Shown here: piece after piece, positions 29,443-38,987 of the stretch
Layout: each line of letters opens with the position of its first letter
Numbering within the stretch: the stretch's first letter is position 1
Assembly (NCBI GenBank): GCA_023659865.1
Contig: JAGXON010000003.1
Location: forward strand, 11,896-75,895
DNA: 64,000 bases
Source: Candidatus Diapherotrites archaeon LH_S9
GTDB lineage: Archaea > B1Sed10-29 > WALL01 > JAGXON01
Direction of reading: 5' to 3'
Notes under the pieces: generated by a model
Seen by the model: only the letters and a program-made list of their open reading frames with translations
Databases searched by the model: none
What the model was told of the DNA's origin: nothing
Made by a program: the position numbers and the translations under genes

Positions 29443-29534
29443 CGGGCGCGGAGGGATTCGAACCCACGATCACCGGCTTTCAACGCAAAATTGCTTAGAA
29501 GGCCGGTGCCTTGTCCGGGCTAGGCTACGCGCCC
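29443..29534 (-). tRNA. tRNA-Arg(TCT) with a 17-nt intron at 37/38
   Basis: GGGCGCG/CGCGCCC+G; CCGGC-CTTCTA-[AGCAATTTTGCGTTGAA]-A-GCCGG; GGGTTCGAATCCC. Confidence 0.9.
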
Positions 29535-29608
29535 AAGTGATATAAGTTTTTTCAGGAAAGTATTTAAATTATTTCAGGTTTATCAGGTAACTTGGCGGTT
29601 ATTATTTT

Positions 29609-30196
29609 CTACCATTCCTTGTCGAATAGCTCTTCTTTTTCCATGTCTCTAAAAACTTTCCCCCATGCTACCGTGTTTTTGTAGTTCTTGACTTTTTTTC
29701 CTGATAAATTGAACTTTTCTTGCACTTCCTTGATCTTTTTTTCCTTCTCTTTTTTATTTTCTTTTTGAAGAGCTTCTCTTAGTTCGTCCTCGCATTCTTT
29801 TCCAGGTCTTAATTCTTTTTTCAGCAGGCTGTTTTCGTGATTAGGGTTCATAAAGCTTTTTCCTATTTTTTTCATGCTTTTTTTTATTTTTTCAGGTATT
29901 TCGCCTTCCAGATAGCGCTTTGTTTCTCTTCCCTCCAGACGATACCTTTCTCCTTCTCCTTTATCTATTACAACATAGGGATAGTACCCTTTCTTGCTTT
30001 TCACCATTTTTCTGATGTCATTTCTTCCTTTCACGATATTCCTAGCTTTCTGAGCGTCCACAAAATCAATGTCGGTCGAAGTTTCTCCTGGCTCTCTCTT
30101 TTCTCTCATTTCCAGTTCTCTCATATTCTTGACGAAAGTTCTGTATCTGTGTTTTTCTCTTATCGACCATGTTTCTTCTTCTTTTTCTTCTTCCAT
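29609..30196 (-). CDS. Charged orphan protein
   Basis: MEEEKEEE start; about 40% K/E/R by eye; abuts the argS stop. Confidence 0.65.
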   Translation of the reverse strand: MEEEKEEETWSIREKHRYRTFVKNMRELEMREKREPGETSTDIDFVDAQKARNIVKGRNDIRKMVKSKKGYYPYVVIDKGEGERYRLEGRETKRYLEGEIPEKIKKSMKKIGKSFMNPNHENSLLKKELRPGKECEDELREALQKENKKEKEKKIKEVQEKFNLSGKKVKNYKNTVAWGKVFRDMEKEELFDKEW

Positions 30197-31836
30197 TACA
30201 TTTCCTCCATTGTTTCTATAGCTAAAAGATTCAGAGCGTTATGCAGCACTGTTGAAGTTGCTTCCACCAGAGCAAGTAACTCTTTTTCTTCTTCGTTACC
30301 AATGACGTGCACGTCCGAATAAAAAGAATTAAATTCTTCGGCTAGATCGTAAGCGTAGACCGCTATAACGTGCGGTGAATACGAGTCTGCAGCATCTTCA
30401 GCGATCTCTGGGAACTCACTAATTTTTTTGAGTAGTTCCTTTCCTTTGTTCAAGCGCCCGACCGAAGGCTCTTTACAGGATTTTTTAAGGATGCTCTTAC
30501 ATCTGGCGTAAGCGTACTGTATGTACGGGGCGGACTGCCCCTCAAAATCAAGCGCTTTCTTCCAATCGAAGACAATGGTCTTGTTAGAGTTAACGTGAAG
30601 CATTTCGTACTTCATTGCGCCCAGCGCTACTTCTTCTACGACTTCTTTTTTGTTCTCGAGCTCTGGATTCTTTTCTTTTACTGCTTCAAGTGCTTTTTCA
30701 CGCGTTTTTTCCGCGAAGTCTTCGTAAAGGATGGCTTTTCCTTTTCTGGAGCTCATTTTCCCTGATTTCAGTCTCACGAGCTCGTAAGCTAGGTGGAAGC
30801 ACTTGTCTGCGTTCTCGAAACCCATTTTTTTCAAGGTCTCGAAAAGCATCTGGAAGTGGAATTTTTGCTCGCTTCCTACAACGTAGATGTTTCTGTCAGG
30901 ATCGAAGTCCTTGAACTTTTTCTTAGCGAGCGCGAGCTCTGAAGTTGAGTAAAGAATCGTACCATCTGATCTCTGGATTAGGTTAACGCCTTTTGGCTTG
31001 TTGTCGACGATAACGGCACCTTCGTCTTTTTCAGCGATTTTTTCGTCCAGTAGTTCTTGAACGATGTTTCTAGCGTCTTGCTTTATGTCGGACTCGAAGT
31101 ACCACTTGTCGAAATCAGCGTCCAGCTCATCGTAAATCTCTTCAAATTCTTTGATGGACCATGAACGCGTTTTCTTCCAAAGATCCGTGATTTCTGGGTC
31201 ATGTTTCTCAAGTTTTTTCATCAACTCGCTTACTTCGTTTTTGTTCTTCTTTTCTTTTTTGCAGGCCTCGGCATAGATTTTTCCAAGCCATTTTCCCTTG
31301 CTTTCCGGCGGCTTATCGTTTTCGTGGAATTCCTGGAGCGCCCACAAGGTCTTAGCAACGTGTGCGCCCATGTCGTTAATGTAGTTGAGTCTGACCACGT
31401 TGAATCCGTTGAACTCAAGGATTCTTGACAGGGATTCGCCGAGCGCTGTGTTCCTCAAGTGCCCAATGTGGAAGGCTTTGTGCGTGTTCGGCTGCGAGTA
31501 CTCGACGAGCACTTCCTCGTTTTTTTCTTTTCTTTTCCCGTAATTGCGTTCTTTGTTGATGACTTGATCCAGCACTTTTTCACTGAATTCTTTCCAGTCG
31601 ATGAACACGTTGATGTAAGGGCCTTTTGTTTCAGTTTTTTTCACGAGCCCGATTTCTTTTATTTTGTTGGCTATTGGTCTTGGATTCTTGCTTTTGGTTT
31701 GGAAGGCTATATTCGTGCTCAGGTCTCCTAAATCAGGTGAAGGAGGTTCCGAGAAGTGGTTGAATCCAGGGGTTTTTCCTGTGGCTTCCTGGATTTTTTC
31801 ATTGATTTGTTTCTTCAGTTCTTTCAGTAAATACAT
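30196..31836 (-). CDS. argS: Arginyl-tRNA synthetase
   Basis: EYSQPNTHKAFHIGHLRN, RSDGTILY, KMSSRKG and PYIQYAYAR. Confidence 0.97.
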   Translation of the reverse strand: MYLLKELKKQINEKIQEATGKTPGFNHFSEPPSPDLGDLSTNIAFQTKSKNPRPIANKIKEIGLVKKTETKGPYINVFIDWKEFSEKVLDQVINKERNYGKRKEKNEEVLVEYSQPNTHKAFHIGHLRNTALGESLSRILEFNGFNVVRLNYINDMGAHVAKTLWALQEFHENDKPPESKGKWLGKIYAEACKKEKKNKNEVSELMKKLEKHDPEITDLWKKTRSWSIKEFEEIYDELDADFDKWYFESDIKQDARNIVQELLDEKIAEKDEGAVIVDNKPKGVNLIQRSDGTILYSTSELALAKKKFKDFDPDRNIYVVGSEQKFHFQMLFETLKKMGFENADKCFHLAYELVRLKSGKMSSRKGKAILYEDFAEKTREKALEAVKEKNPELENKKEVVEEVALGAMKYEMLHVNSNKTIVFDWKKALDFEGQSAPYIQYAYARCKSILKKSCKEPSVGRLNKGKELLKKISEFPEIAEDAADSYSPHVIAVYAYDLAEEFNSFYSDVHVIGNEEEKELLALVEATSTVLHNALNLLAIETMEEM

Positions 31837-31840
31837 TTTT

Positions 31841-32929
31841 TCACTTTTTTTCCAAGATTTCTTTAAGGTTCTGGATGTTGATGTCGCGTTGATGCCTTTT
31901 CAGCCTGTTTTCCAACCGTTCTTTCCAGTTTTCTACTTCTTTGTTTTCGTCTTCTTCTCTAAACTGCTCGTTAAGATCCTTTATCCCCATGCCGTATGGC
32001 GGGAGATCTGTTGGTTCTTTTTCCTGTTCTTCAGGTTTTCCGCTATGAACGTAGCTTTTCAGAAACATTTCCAGATCCTTCTCGTCCTGTATAAGATTGT
32101 GGTAAACCATGTTCCCTGTGATCGTGGCTATGTCGTATCCTTTTTCTTCTTGATTTGGTTCTCTCCCGCTCACGAAAGACGATTTCTCGAGATCTATTGG
32201 GTTCAAAATTATTTGTTCTTCGTGTTCTTTGTCGTACTCCTCCAAGTGCTTTCTGAAACTTTTTCTATCTTCTTTGATAAGATCTTTATCTATCCTCAGG
32301 CCTTTTTCACCTAGGTCGATGAGTATGTTTCTGAGCTTGGCGTCAGGAAAAACCAGTTGTTTATCGTGGCATTCTTTCATTTTTTCCCCTATTCTTTGTA
32401 GTATCCTCTTCCTTTTTTCTTCCTTCAGTAACTTGTAGTTCAGGGCGGACAAGGGAAGCGAGTGCTCTTCTGGCTCGAGGTACAAGTAACCCATCCTGGG
32501 CGCTTTTTTTTCTTCTGCGTCTTTTTTACTTTCTTTGTAAATCCCAAGGGGTTTGACTCTACTGATTCCTCTGTCTCTGGCGTTCACCATGTTCTTGAAC
32601 TCGTTGTTCAACCTTCTTATGTTTTTCTGGGTTTCAAGAACGTAGGGTTTTACAAGAATCGATTTTTTTCTGTCCTCTGTTTTTGCGAGGGCTTCGAACA
32701 AGCCGTGAGAGCTCTTTCCTTTTGCTCTTGCCTTTATTTCTTCTGGATTCAGTTTTCCGGGGAGTTTCCATTTTCCTTTTTTTATGAAGTCTTTGAAATC
32801 TCTTCTTGTAAAGTAGGATGCGTCAAGTCTCTTTTCAGCACCTGACGCTACAAAGATGAACTCCATGCTTTCTTTTGGTTTTACTGCAGGAGTTATTTCT
32901 TTTTCTTCCTTGGTTTCTTCTTCCACCAT
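31841..32929 (-). CDS. Kinase-like orphan (Kdo/WaaP/Bud32-like fold)
   Basis: ILVKPY, GISRVKPLG, YLYLE, CHDKQLVFPDAKLRNILI, IDLEKS and MFLKSY. Confidence 0.7.
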   Translation of the reverse strand: MVEEETKEEKEITPAVKPKESMEFIFVASGAEKRLDASYFTRRDFKDFIKKGKWKLPGKLNPEEIKARAKGKSSHGLFEALAKTEDRKKSILVKPYVLETQKNIRRLNNEFKNMVNARDRGISRVKPLGIYKESKKDAEEKKAPRMGYLYLEPEEHSLPLSALNYKLLKEEKRKRILQRIGEKMKECHDKQLVFPDAKLRNILIDLGEKGLRIDKDLIKEDRKSFRKHLEEYDKEHEEQIILNPIDLEKSSFVSGREPNQEEKGYDIATITGNMVYHNLIQDEKDLEMFLKSYVHSGKPEEQEKEPTDLPPYGMGIKDLNEQFREEDENKEVENWKERLENRLKRHQRDINIQNLKEILEKK

Positions 32930-33020
32930 CTTTTTTACTTATGCGGTTTTAAGTTAAATAAATTTTCCCGTAATTCTTTTATAGTTCTTCCTTCACAGTA
33001 TTTAGTGGAGGAAATTAATT

Positions 33021-33581
33021 ATGCCAGGGATGGAAACCGAAATAGATGAAGAAGAAACGGATTGGATGGATGAACTGAAAGACGCTAAAGAAGAAATGAA
33101 TCAAGAACTTAAGGAAGTTAAGAGTTTGAAAGAGATTATGGAGGATTCTGAATCCACGTCCACTGAAACGACTATACGCGTTCTGGAAGAAGCAAGAGAA
33201 ATTAGAGATATACTTTCAGACCATAAAGAAACAGTAAGGGCCATTACTGTATCTGGTATCATGAAAGGGGGGGGACTAACGGGTCATGAAATGGAGCAGA
33301 TTGGGAAATACTTTGATGAAGTGGAAAAACTGGAAAAGAGTCATAATGATATAATGGACAAAATAAACGAAATAATACCTAGAGACGAGAGAGAGATAGA
33401 TGCGGCTACTGTTGATGATATTGCAGATGTAGCTTCTTTTGATCTAGATGAATGGAAGGAACTACAAACAGAAAAACAGGAGAAAGAAGGTTTTAACTTA
33501 GATAGCCTAAGTGAAGGAACTATCGAAGCCCTTATAGAATTTAAAAAATTAAAAGAAGAAAAGGAGGACTTGAAGAATTAG
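33021..33581 (+). CDS. Acidic helical orphan protein
   Basis: 186 aa, very D/E-rich; GGAGG SD upstream. Confidence 0.65.
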   Translation: MPGMETEIDEEETDWMDELKDAKEEMNQELKEVKSLKEIMEDSESTSTETTIRVLEEAREIRDILSDHKETVRAITVSGIMKGGGLTGHEMEQIGKYFDEVEKLEKSHNDIMDKINEIIPRDEREIDAATVDDIADVASFDLDEWKELQTEKQEKEGFNLDSLSEGTIEALIEFKKLKEEKEDLKN

Positions 33582-33615
33582 AAGAAATAAAGGGGGACTA
33601 GAAAGAATTAGTTTT

Positions 33616-33909
33616 TCACTCGTCCGGATTTACTTCCATTTTTCCGAAACGGCCAGTGCTTAACTTTTTTTCGTCCTGGAACTCTGAAACCCAGCCGTTC
33701 GTGATGATGATAGTGTCTTCTTCGTTTACTTTTTCTATATCCTCGTTCCACAGAGTCATATCTACTTCACCGGTATCGTCTTTGACAACGGCGTTAGCTA
33801 CTTTGCCAGAGCCTCGTGCATTGCTCCAGTCTCGTGGTTCCTCGATTTCCTTAACTTCAACCTCTATTCTGTCAACTGATTCACCTATTTCTAAATCTTT
33901 AACTTTCAT
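33616..33909 (-). CDS. ssb: Single-OB-fold ssDNA-binding protein (SSB/RPA)
   Basis: KVANAVVKDDTGEVDMTLWN and NGWVSEFQ..LSTGRFG. Confidence 0.9.
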   Translation of the reverse strand: MKVKDLEIGESVDRIEVEVKEIEEPRDWSNARGSGKVANAVVKDDTGEVDMTLWNEDIEKVNEEDTIIITNGWVSEFQDEKKLSTGRFGKMEVNPDE

Positions 33910-33971
33910 GAATATCTCCGGAATAGTTGGTTACACAGGTTTTAAAAAGGTTTTCGGACTGAAAAGAAACC

Positions 33972-34433
33972 ATGAAAGCAAGAGAAATAATGACAAAAGA
34001 CATTATAACAATAGAACCAGACACGAATATACCTGAAATAGTCAAGAAAATGAGTGAGAACGGAATAAGTGGTCTGCCAGTAGTTGAAGGTGATAAAATA
34101 GTTGGTATGGTCACAGAATCCGATATAATGAAGCTTCTTGAGTTTCATGACTTCGGGAACTACATGCTGCCAATCCCTTTCGACGTTATCGAAGCAATAA
34201 TGGAGATGCGGTCAGAAATCGATGAAATCAAACAAGACTTCGACAACCTAAAGTCAGCGGAAGCAAAAGACATAATGACAAAAAAACTAGTCACCGCCAG
34301 TCCAGAAGACCATGTCACCAAAGTAAGTCAGGACATGATGGAAAAAAAAATAAACCGAATTCCAGTAATCGAGAACAATAAACTAGTTGGTATAGTAGCA
34401 AGATCCGACGTTCTGAAAGCCCTGTCTAGATAA
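33972..34433 (+). CDS. CBS-domain pair protein
   Basis: ISGLPVV..IVGMVTESD and INRIPVI..LVGIVARSD. Confidence 0.9.
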   Translation: MKAREIMTKDIITIEPDTNIPEIVKKMSENGISGLPVVEGDKIVGMVTESDIMKLLEFHDFGNYMLPIPFDVIEAIMEMRSEIDEIKQDFDNLKSAEAKDIMTKKLVTASPEDHVTKVSQDMMEKKINRIPVIENNKLVGIVARSDVLKALSR

Positions 34434-35064
34434 CAGAGTAATAAACAACGCTCATGAAAAAACAAGCGATGACAGGGATCGTGAAATTATCGTTTCCCTT
34501 AACATAAGCTTCAGTTAACACTCCAGTAAACGCTCCAGTACCAGCAACCAACGCACTCGTTAACAAATCATGTCCAACGTAAAACAAAGGAATAGAAAAC
34601 AAGAAAGCGAACAAGAAGCCTAGACCTGTTCCTTCAAACGTTTTCGTCTTTGTTTTAGGCAGTCTTCTAACGCCGAACTTTCTTCCTAAGCCAGTACAGA
34701 CAGAGTCGCCAGTAGCAACCACCATCATCGAAGCAGCAACTATCACTTTATCAACGCCAGCCACTAAACCAAACAACACAAAAATAGTCACGCTACCAAA
34801 GAAGTACCAGATAACTCCAGAACCCGTTCTCTCGCCATCTCGCCCAGTTTCTTTTGTCAACATCGAGAAAAAAGGAATCTCCACCCCTCCTTCGAGCAAT
34901 GAACCGAGAAAGAACGTAAAAAGGCTTCCAATAGCCAGAATAGCGAAAGAAACCTCCCAAGAAAAAAAGAAAACTGCCAAAGCGAATAGTAAACCAAAAG
35001 AACCATGAACTAACTGTCGTTTGCTCTCACGATGCCATAACCTGCCTCTGATCCATTCAACCAT
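34426..35064 (-). CDS. Dolichol/phytol kinase-like membrane protein (CTP-transferase family)
   Basis: RQLVH, GDSVCTGLGRKFG, KTFEGT and NDNFTIP. Confidence 0.85.
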   Translation of the reverse strand: MVEWIRGRLWHRESKRQLVHGSFGLLFALAVFFFSWEVSFAILAIGSLFTFFLGSLLEGGVEIPFFSMLTKETGRDGERTGSGVIWYFFGSVTIFVLFGLVAGVDKVIVAASMMVVATGDSVCTGLGRKFGVRRLPKTKTKTFEGTGLGFLFAFLFSIPLFYVGHDLLTSALVAGTGAFTGVLTEAYVKGNDNFTIPVIACFFMSVVYYSVI

Positions 35065-35137
35065 TTTATCAGATACATTAAAGAACTAGAGGTATAAAAA
35101 ATATTATAAAGGCTTAATCAAAAAACCTTTTACAGAT

Positions 35138-35337
35138 GGGCACATAGCTTAGCCAGGTCAGAGCGCAGGTCTTATAAGGCCAGTTCTGATACATTCGGAA
35201 ACCAAAAGGTTTTTGTATCATTTACTGCAATAAACAAAGACTGGACGGTTTTCGCCTGAGCAGGGTTCTGCCCTGCAGGGCCGAAGACAACCTGAGGCCG
35301 AGGGTTCGAAATCAAAACGAAACTCCCTCTGTGCCCA
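35138..35337 (+). tRNA. tRNA-Ile(TAT) with two introns (112 nt at 37/38, 35177-35288; 13 nt at 59/60, 35311-35323)
   Basis: GGGCACA/TGTGCCC+A; CAGGT-CTTATA-[intron]-A-ACCTG; GAGGG-TTCGAA-[intron]-T-CCCTC; splice helices TTCG/CGAA and GGCC/GGCC. Confidence 0.85.
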
Positions 35338-35369
35338 TCTATCCATACTTTAAAAGAAAGTGATGAAAA

Positions 35370-35921
35370 ATGGCAAAATACGAATGCGATATCTGCGGAA
35401 AAGAATTCTCAAGCAAGAGAGGTCTTCATATCCATCAAGGACAGAAGCACCCTGAAGCAGAAAAGAAGAAGCCGAAGAAAGAAGAGACTGTCGAAAAAGA
35501 AATTGTCGAAGAGAAAGAAGAAGTTACTGGAGTGGCCAAAACCTGGCCTGCAGTTATATTACTCGTTGTTGCAGCGATGGCTATTGGTATAGTGCTTGGC
35601 TTGAGTGCAGGAAAAACGCAGTTAGAGCAAACTCAAGCTCCAACGAGGAAACCAAAGATTTATGAACCGATGCACAATTCGTCAGAGGCTCAGGAGCTAG
35701 CTGAAAAAGTTGTTCTAGGGCTTCGAATTCCTGCCGAGGCAGAGAAACCGGTTTTTGACAAAGGCATGTGGATAGTGAACACGACTGCTAGAAGCACTAA
35801 AACAAATACTACTGCAACTATCCAGGTAAGAATAGATGACGAGACAATGGAACCACAGAAAGTTTATTTCTTGCTTCCAGTGCCAAAAAACGTCGATGCC
35901 GTAACGAATTCAACCCAGTGA
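35370..35921 (+). CDS. C2H2 zinc-finger protein with a single TM and an extracytoplasmic domain
   Basis: YECDICGKEFSSKRGLHIHQGQKH; TM WPAVILLVVAAMAIGIVLGL. Confidence 0.8.
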   Translation: MAKYECDICGKEFSSKRGLHIHQGQKHPEAEKKKPKKEETVEKEIVEEKEEVTGVAKTWPAVILLVVAAMAIGIVLGLSAGKTQLEQTQAPTRKPKIYEPMHNSSEAQELAEKVVLGLRIPAEAEKPVFDKGMWIVNTTARSTKTNTTATIQVRIDDETMEPQKVYFLLPVPKNVDAVTNSTQ

Positions 35922-35954
35922 ATTCATCTCAATTGTGCGTGGAAACCCTGTCCT

Positions 35955-36620
35955 TCAGGGCGAGGTAGCTGACTTCTTTTTGCATCGGATGAAAGCGTGA
36001 TCTTTGTGGAAGGGTTTTAGTTCAAGGGTTTCCTTTATTCTGAAGTCTTTTCTCAGTTTACTTATTTCTTTTTCGAAAACTTTTTTTGGTTCTTCGACCG
36101 CGTTGATACTTCTTGACTTTATACATAGCAGTGCTTCGTCTCCTTTTTCTAGAAATCTAGTGTTCTTCAGAAGAATTTCTGCCTGGTTTGGCTGTGCTAC
36201 GTCCTGATAAACGACGTTCACGTCCTGGCAGTAATCTGTGTACTCTTTTGGCTTGTTAGCGTCTCCCATTACTGGCAGCATGTTACTTCTTTTTTCCGCT
36301 AGCGGAATCAGTTTCTCCATTGGTTTTTCACTGTACTCGACGCACACGACTTTCCCGTTTTTATCCGCTATATCGCTCACGTGAGAAGCAGTGGTTCCTG
36401 TGCTGGCTCCGAGATACAGTACTTTTGATCCAGGAGTTATTGGCAGTTCTTTCAGCCCCTTCAGTATAGCTGAAGCTAGTTTGGATTTGTAGGGATGCCA
36501 TGAGCGAAGTTCTTTTCCGTTCCGATTTAACAGTTTTTCTCCGTGAACTTTTTTGCCTGGAACCAGGTTTTTTGTGTACAGCTTGTTGTTTATGAGGAAA
36601 ACGTTCGAGAATTTTTCCAT
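35955..36620 (-). CDS. flpA: Fibrillarin-like rRNA/tRNA 2'-O-methyltransferase
   Basis: SKLASAI, VLYLGASTGTTASH and YQDVAQPNQA. Confidence 0.97.
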   Translation of the reverse strand: MEKFSNVFLINNKLYTKNLVPGKKVHGEKLLNRNGKELRSWHPYKSKLASAILKGLKELPITPGSKVLYLGASTGTTASHVSDIADKNGKVVCVEYSEKPMEKLIPLAEKRSNMLPVMGDANKPKEYTDYCQDVNVVYQDVAQPNQAEILLKNTRFLEKGDEALLCIKSRSINAVEEPKKVFEKEISKLRKDFRIKETLELKPFHKDHAFIRCKKKSATSP

Positions 36621-36621
36621 G

Positions 36622-37401
36622 CTAACCTCTGATCTTTTTGAGTTTTTCCTGGAACTCTTTCTTCATCTCTTTTCCTTTGTGCTTGTCCCCGAAGTAATCA
36701 AGTCTTGCGGCAATCGCTAGCTTGTTCGCTAGTGATCTAGAAACTTTTCCTCTGTTGTCTTCAGAGCTTTTCCTGACTTCAGGATGGTTGAAGATCACGC
36801 CGTGTTTTGGTGGGGGAACGTTTTTCTTCAGGTGAGCGAACAATGCTTTTTCGGCTCCAAGAACCTGTATCGTGCTTGCAGGCATCTTCGCCATTTTCTC
36901 AAGTGATCCAGCTAGTGACAAAAGCCTTGCTGTCAGGATCGGTCCTGCCAAAGCTCTTAAGTTCGGTGTGACTTCTTTTGTCACGTCTTTAATGTATTCT
37001 TCGATCTCGTTCCTCTCGTTTTTCACGTCTATAGCTAGTTTGGCGAGCCTTTTTATTTGCTTTAAGTCTTTTTCGTCTAGTTCTGCTCCCATGCTCTTCT
37101 TGCTTTCTTTCTCGATTTTCTTGGCTTTTGGAGTGTGTTGCTTGAGTTTTTCTTCTTTCATTTCTGGTCTGGTGAGCAGTTCGTTAATTATGTGTAGATA
37201 CGTTTCCGGGTTTTTCACGATTTCTGGCAGTTCAGGGAAGTGAAGCGAGTGCCAGTTCTCGACTCTTTCGTAAAATAAGTTGAATACTTCGTCCATCTCT
37301 TCGACGGCTTTTATTGAGTGGATTATCAGTTGATCTCTTTCTGTTTTGGCTTCTTTAACTTTTTTTCTTGCTTCTTCGATTGCTTTCTTTCGATCTTTCA
37401 A
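36622..37401 (-). CDS. nop5: Box C/D RNP subunit Nop5/Nop56
   Basis: PASTIQVLGAEKALF, PPKHGVIF and LAIAARLDYF. Confidence 0.95.
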   Translation of the reverse strand: MKDRKKAIEEARKKVKEAKTERDQLIIHSIKAVEEMDEVFNLFYERVENWHSLHFPELPEIVKNPETYLHIINELLTRPEMKEEKLKQHTPKAKKIEKESKKSMGAELDEKDLKQIKRLAKLAIDVKNERNEIEEYIKDVTKEVTPNLRALAGPILTARLLSLAGSLEKMAKMPASTIQVLGAEKALFAHLKKNVPPPKHGVIFNHPEVRKSSEDNRGKVSRSLANKLAIAARLDYFGDKHKGKEMKKEFQEKLKKIRG

Positions 37402-37468
37402 TTTCAGTCCTCCGTGGTTAACATCTTTATATATAACTTTTTTAATTTATAATGGTAGAGTTGTTGCA

Positions 37469-38932
37469 ATGGCTTCAAAGAAATTGACAGAGATTTGTTT
37501 ACAGAGAGGAATAATTTACCCAGATGCTGAAATATACGAGGAAATGAGCGGTTTCTACGATTACGGTTCAATAGGCACCAAAATACTTAAGAAATGGAAA
37601 GACGAGTGGAGAAAATTCTTTCTAACGAAAGACAACTTCCACGAAGTCACGACCACGAACATAATGCCAGAACCCGTTTTCAGAGCATCAGGACACCTAA
37701 GTCACTTCATGGACCCGGTCGTGGAATGCAGCAAGTGCGGGAACAAAGAAAGAGCCGATCAAATCCTTGAACAAGAGCTGGACGAGAACTTCGAAGGAAA
37801 AACCCCTGAAGAACTCACCAAAATCATCGAAGAACACAACATAAAATGCTCCTCGTGCGGAGGAGAACTCAAAGAAGTTGGCAACTTCAACCTCATGTTC
37901 TCAGTAGACGTGGGCTCAAATAAACAACACAAAGCATACCTCAGACCAGAAACAGCTCAAGGCCCGTTCACAGCATTCAAAAGAGAATACAGAGCAAACC
38001 GAAAGCAATTACCTCTTGGTCTAGCGGTAATCGGAAGAGCTTACAGGAACGAAATAAACCCAAGAAAACAAGTCCTGCGAACAAGAGAATTCAACCAAGC
38101 TGAACTACAAATCTTTTTCGACAAAAAGCATTTAAACGATCGTCAGGCTTTTCCAGAAATCGAGTTCAAGGTAAAGCCAGTCGATTCAAAGGAACAGACC
38201 GCGACACCGCAAGAGCTCGTTAACTCGCTTAACCTGCCGGAAAAATACATTTACTGGATGGCGAAAGAAGTAAAATTCATGAAAAAACTTGGTCTTGAAG
38301 ACATTCGATTCAGAGAACTTTCAGACGAAGAAAAAAGCTTTTACAACAAGCATCATTGGGATCTCGAGGCCTTCATGCCAGGATTCAACGACTACGAAGA
38401 AATCGCGGCAGTTCACTATCGAACCAACCGGGATCTGAAGCTTCATGCAGAAGAATCAGGACAAAACCTCACAATCGCTTCAGGAGACTACTACCCTCAC
38501 GTCATCGAAGTCACGTTCGGCATAGACCGAAACGTGTACGCGTTACTAGATAACGCCTTACAGTCAGAAGATGATCGAACCTGGCTCTCGCTCGACCCGC
38601 TAGTCGCCCCGTACGACGCAGCAGTGTTCCCACTGATCCAGAAAAAAAGCCTTCCAAAAAAAGCAAAAAGAGTTAAAAAAATGCTTGAAAAGAAGGGCTT
38701 TTCCGTGACCTACGACCCAAAAGACTCGATAGGTCGAAGATACGCCAGAACCGATGAAATCGGAGTACCTTTCGCTATAACCATCGATTTCGACACTCTA
38801 GAAGACGATTCAGTCACGATCCGGGAAAGAGATTCAACTAAACAAATCAGAGAAGACATAAAGGATCTGCCAAAAATCTTGAGGCAGCTGAAGCACAGGA
38901 AAAAGTTGGAGGAAGTTGGAAAAGTAATTTGA
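37469..38932 (+). CDS. glyS: Glycyl-tRNA synthetase (alpha2 type)
   Basis: GFYDYG, YLRPETAQG, YRNEINPR, REFNQAE and PHVIEVTFGIDR; ATG at 37469. Confidence 0.96.
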   Translation: MASKKLTEICLQRGIIYPDAEIYEEMSGFYDYGSIGTKILKKWKDEWRKFFLTKDNFHEVTTTNIMPEPVFRASGHLSHFMDPVVECSKCGNKERADQILEQELDENFEGKTPEELTKIIEEHNIKCSSCGGELKEVGNFNLMFSVDVGSNKQHKAYLRPETAQGPFTAFKREYRANRKQLPLGLAVIGRAYRNEINPRKQVLRTREFNQAELQIFFDKKHLNDRQAFPEIEFKVKPVDSKEQTATPQELVNSLNLPEKYIYWMAKEVKFMKKLGLEDIRFRELSDEEKSFYNKHHWDLEAFMPGFNDYEEIAAVHYRTNRDLKLHAEESGQNLTIASGDYYPHVIEVTFGIDRNVYALLDNALQSEDDRTWLSLDPLVAPYDAAVFPLIQKKSLPKKAKRVKKMLEKKGFSVTYDPKDSIGRRYARTDEIGVPFAITIDFDTLEDDSVTIRERDSTKQIREDIKDLPKILRQLKHRKKLEEVGKVI

Positions 38933-38987
38933 AAAAAAGAAAACGCGCTCAAAAAATCAAATGAAGATGAACCGTTTGTGACGTGAA

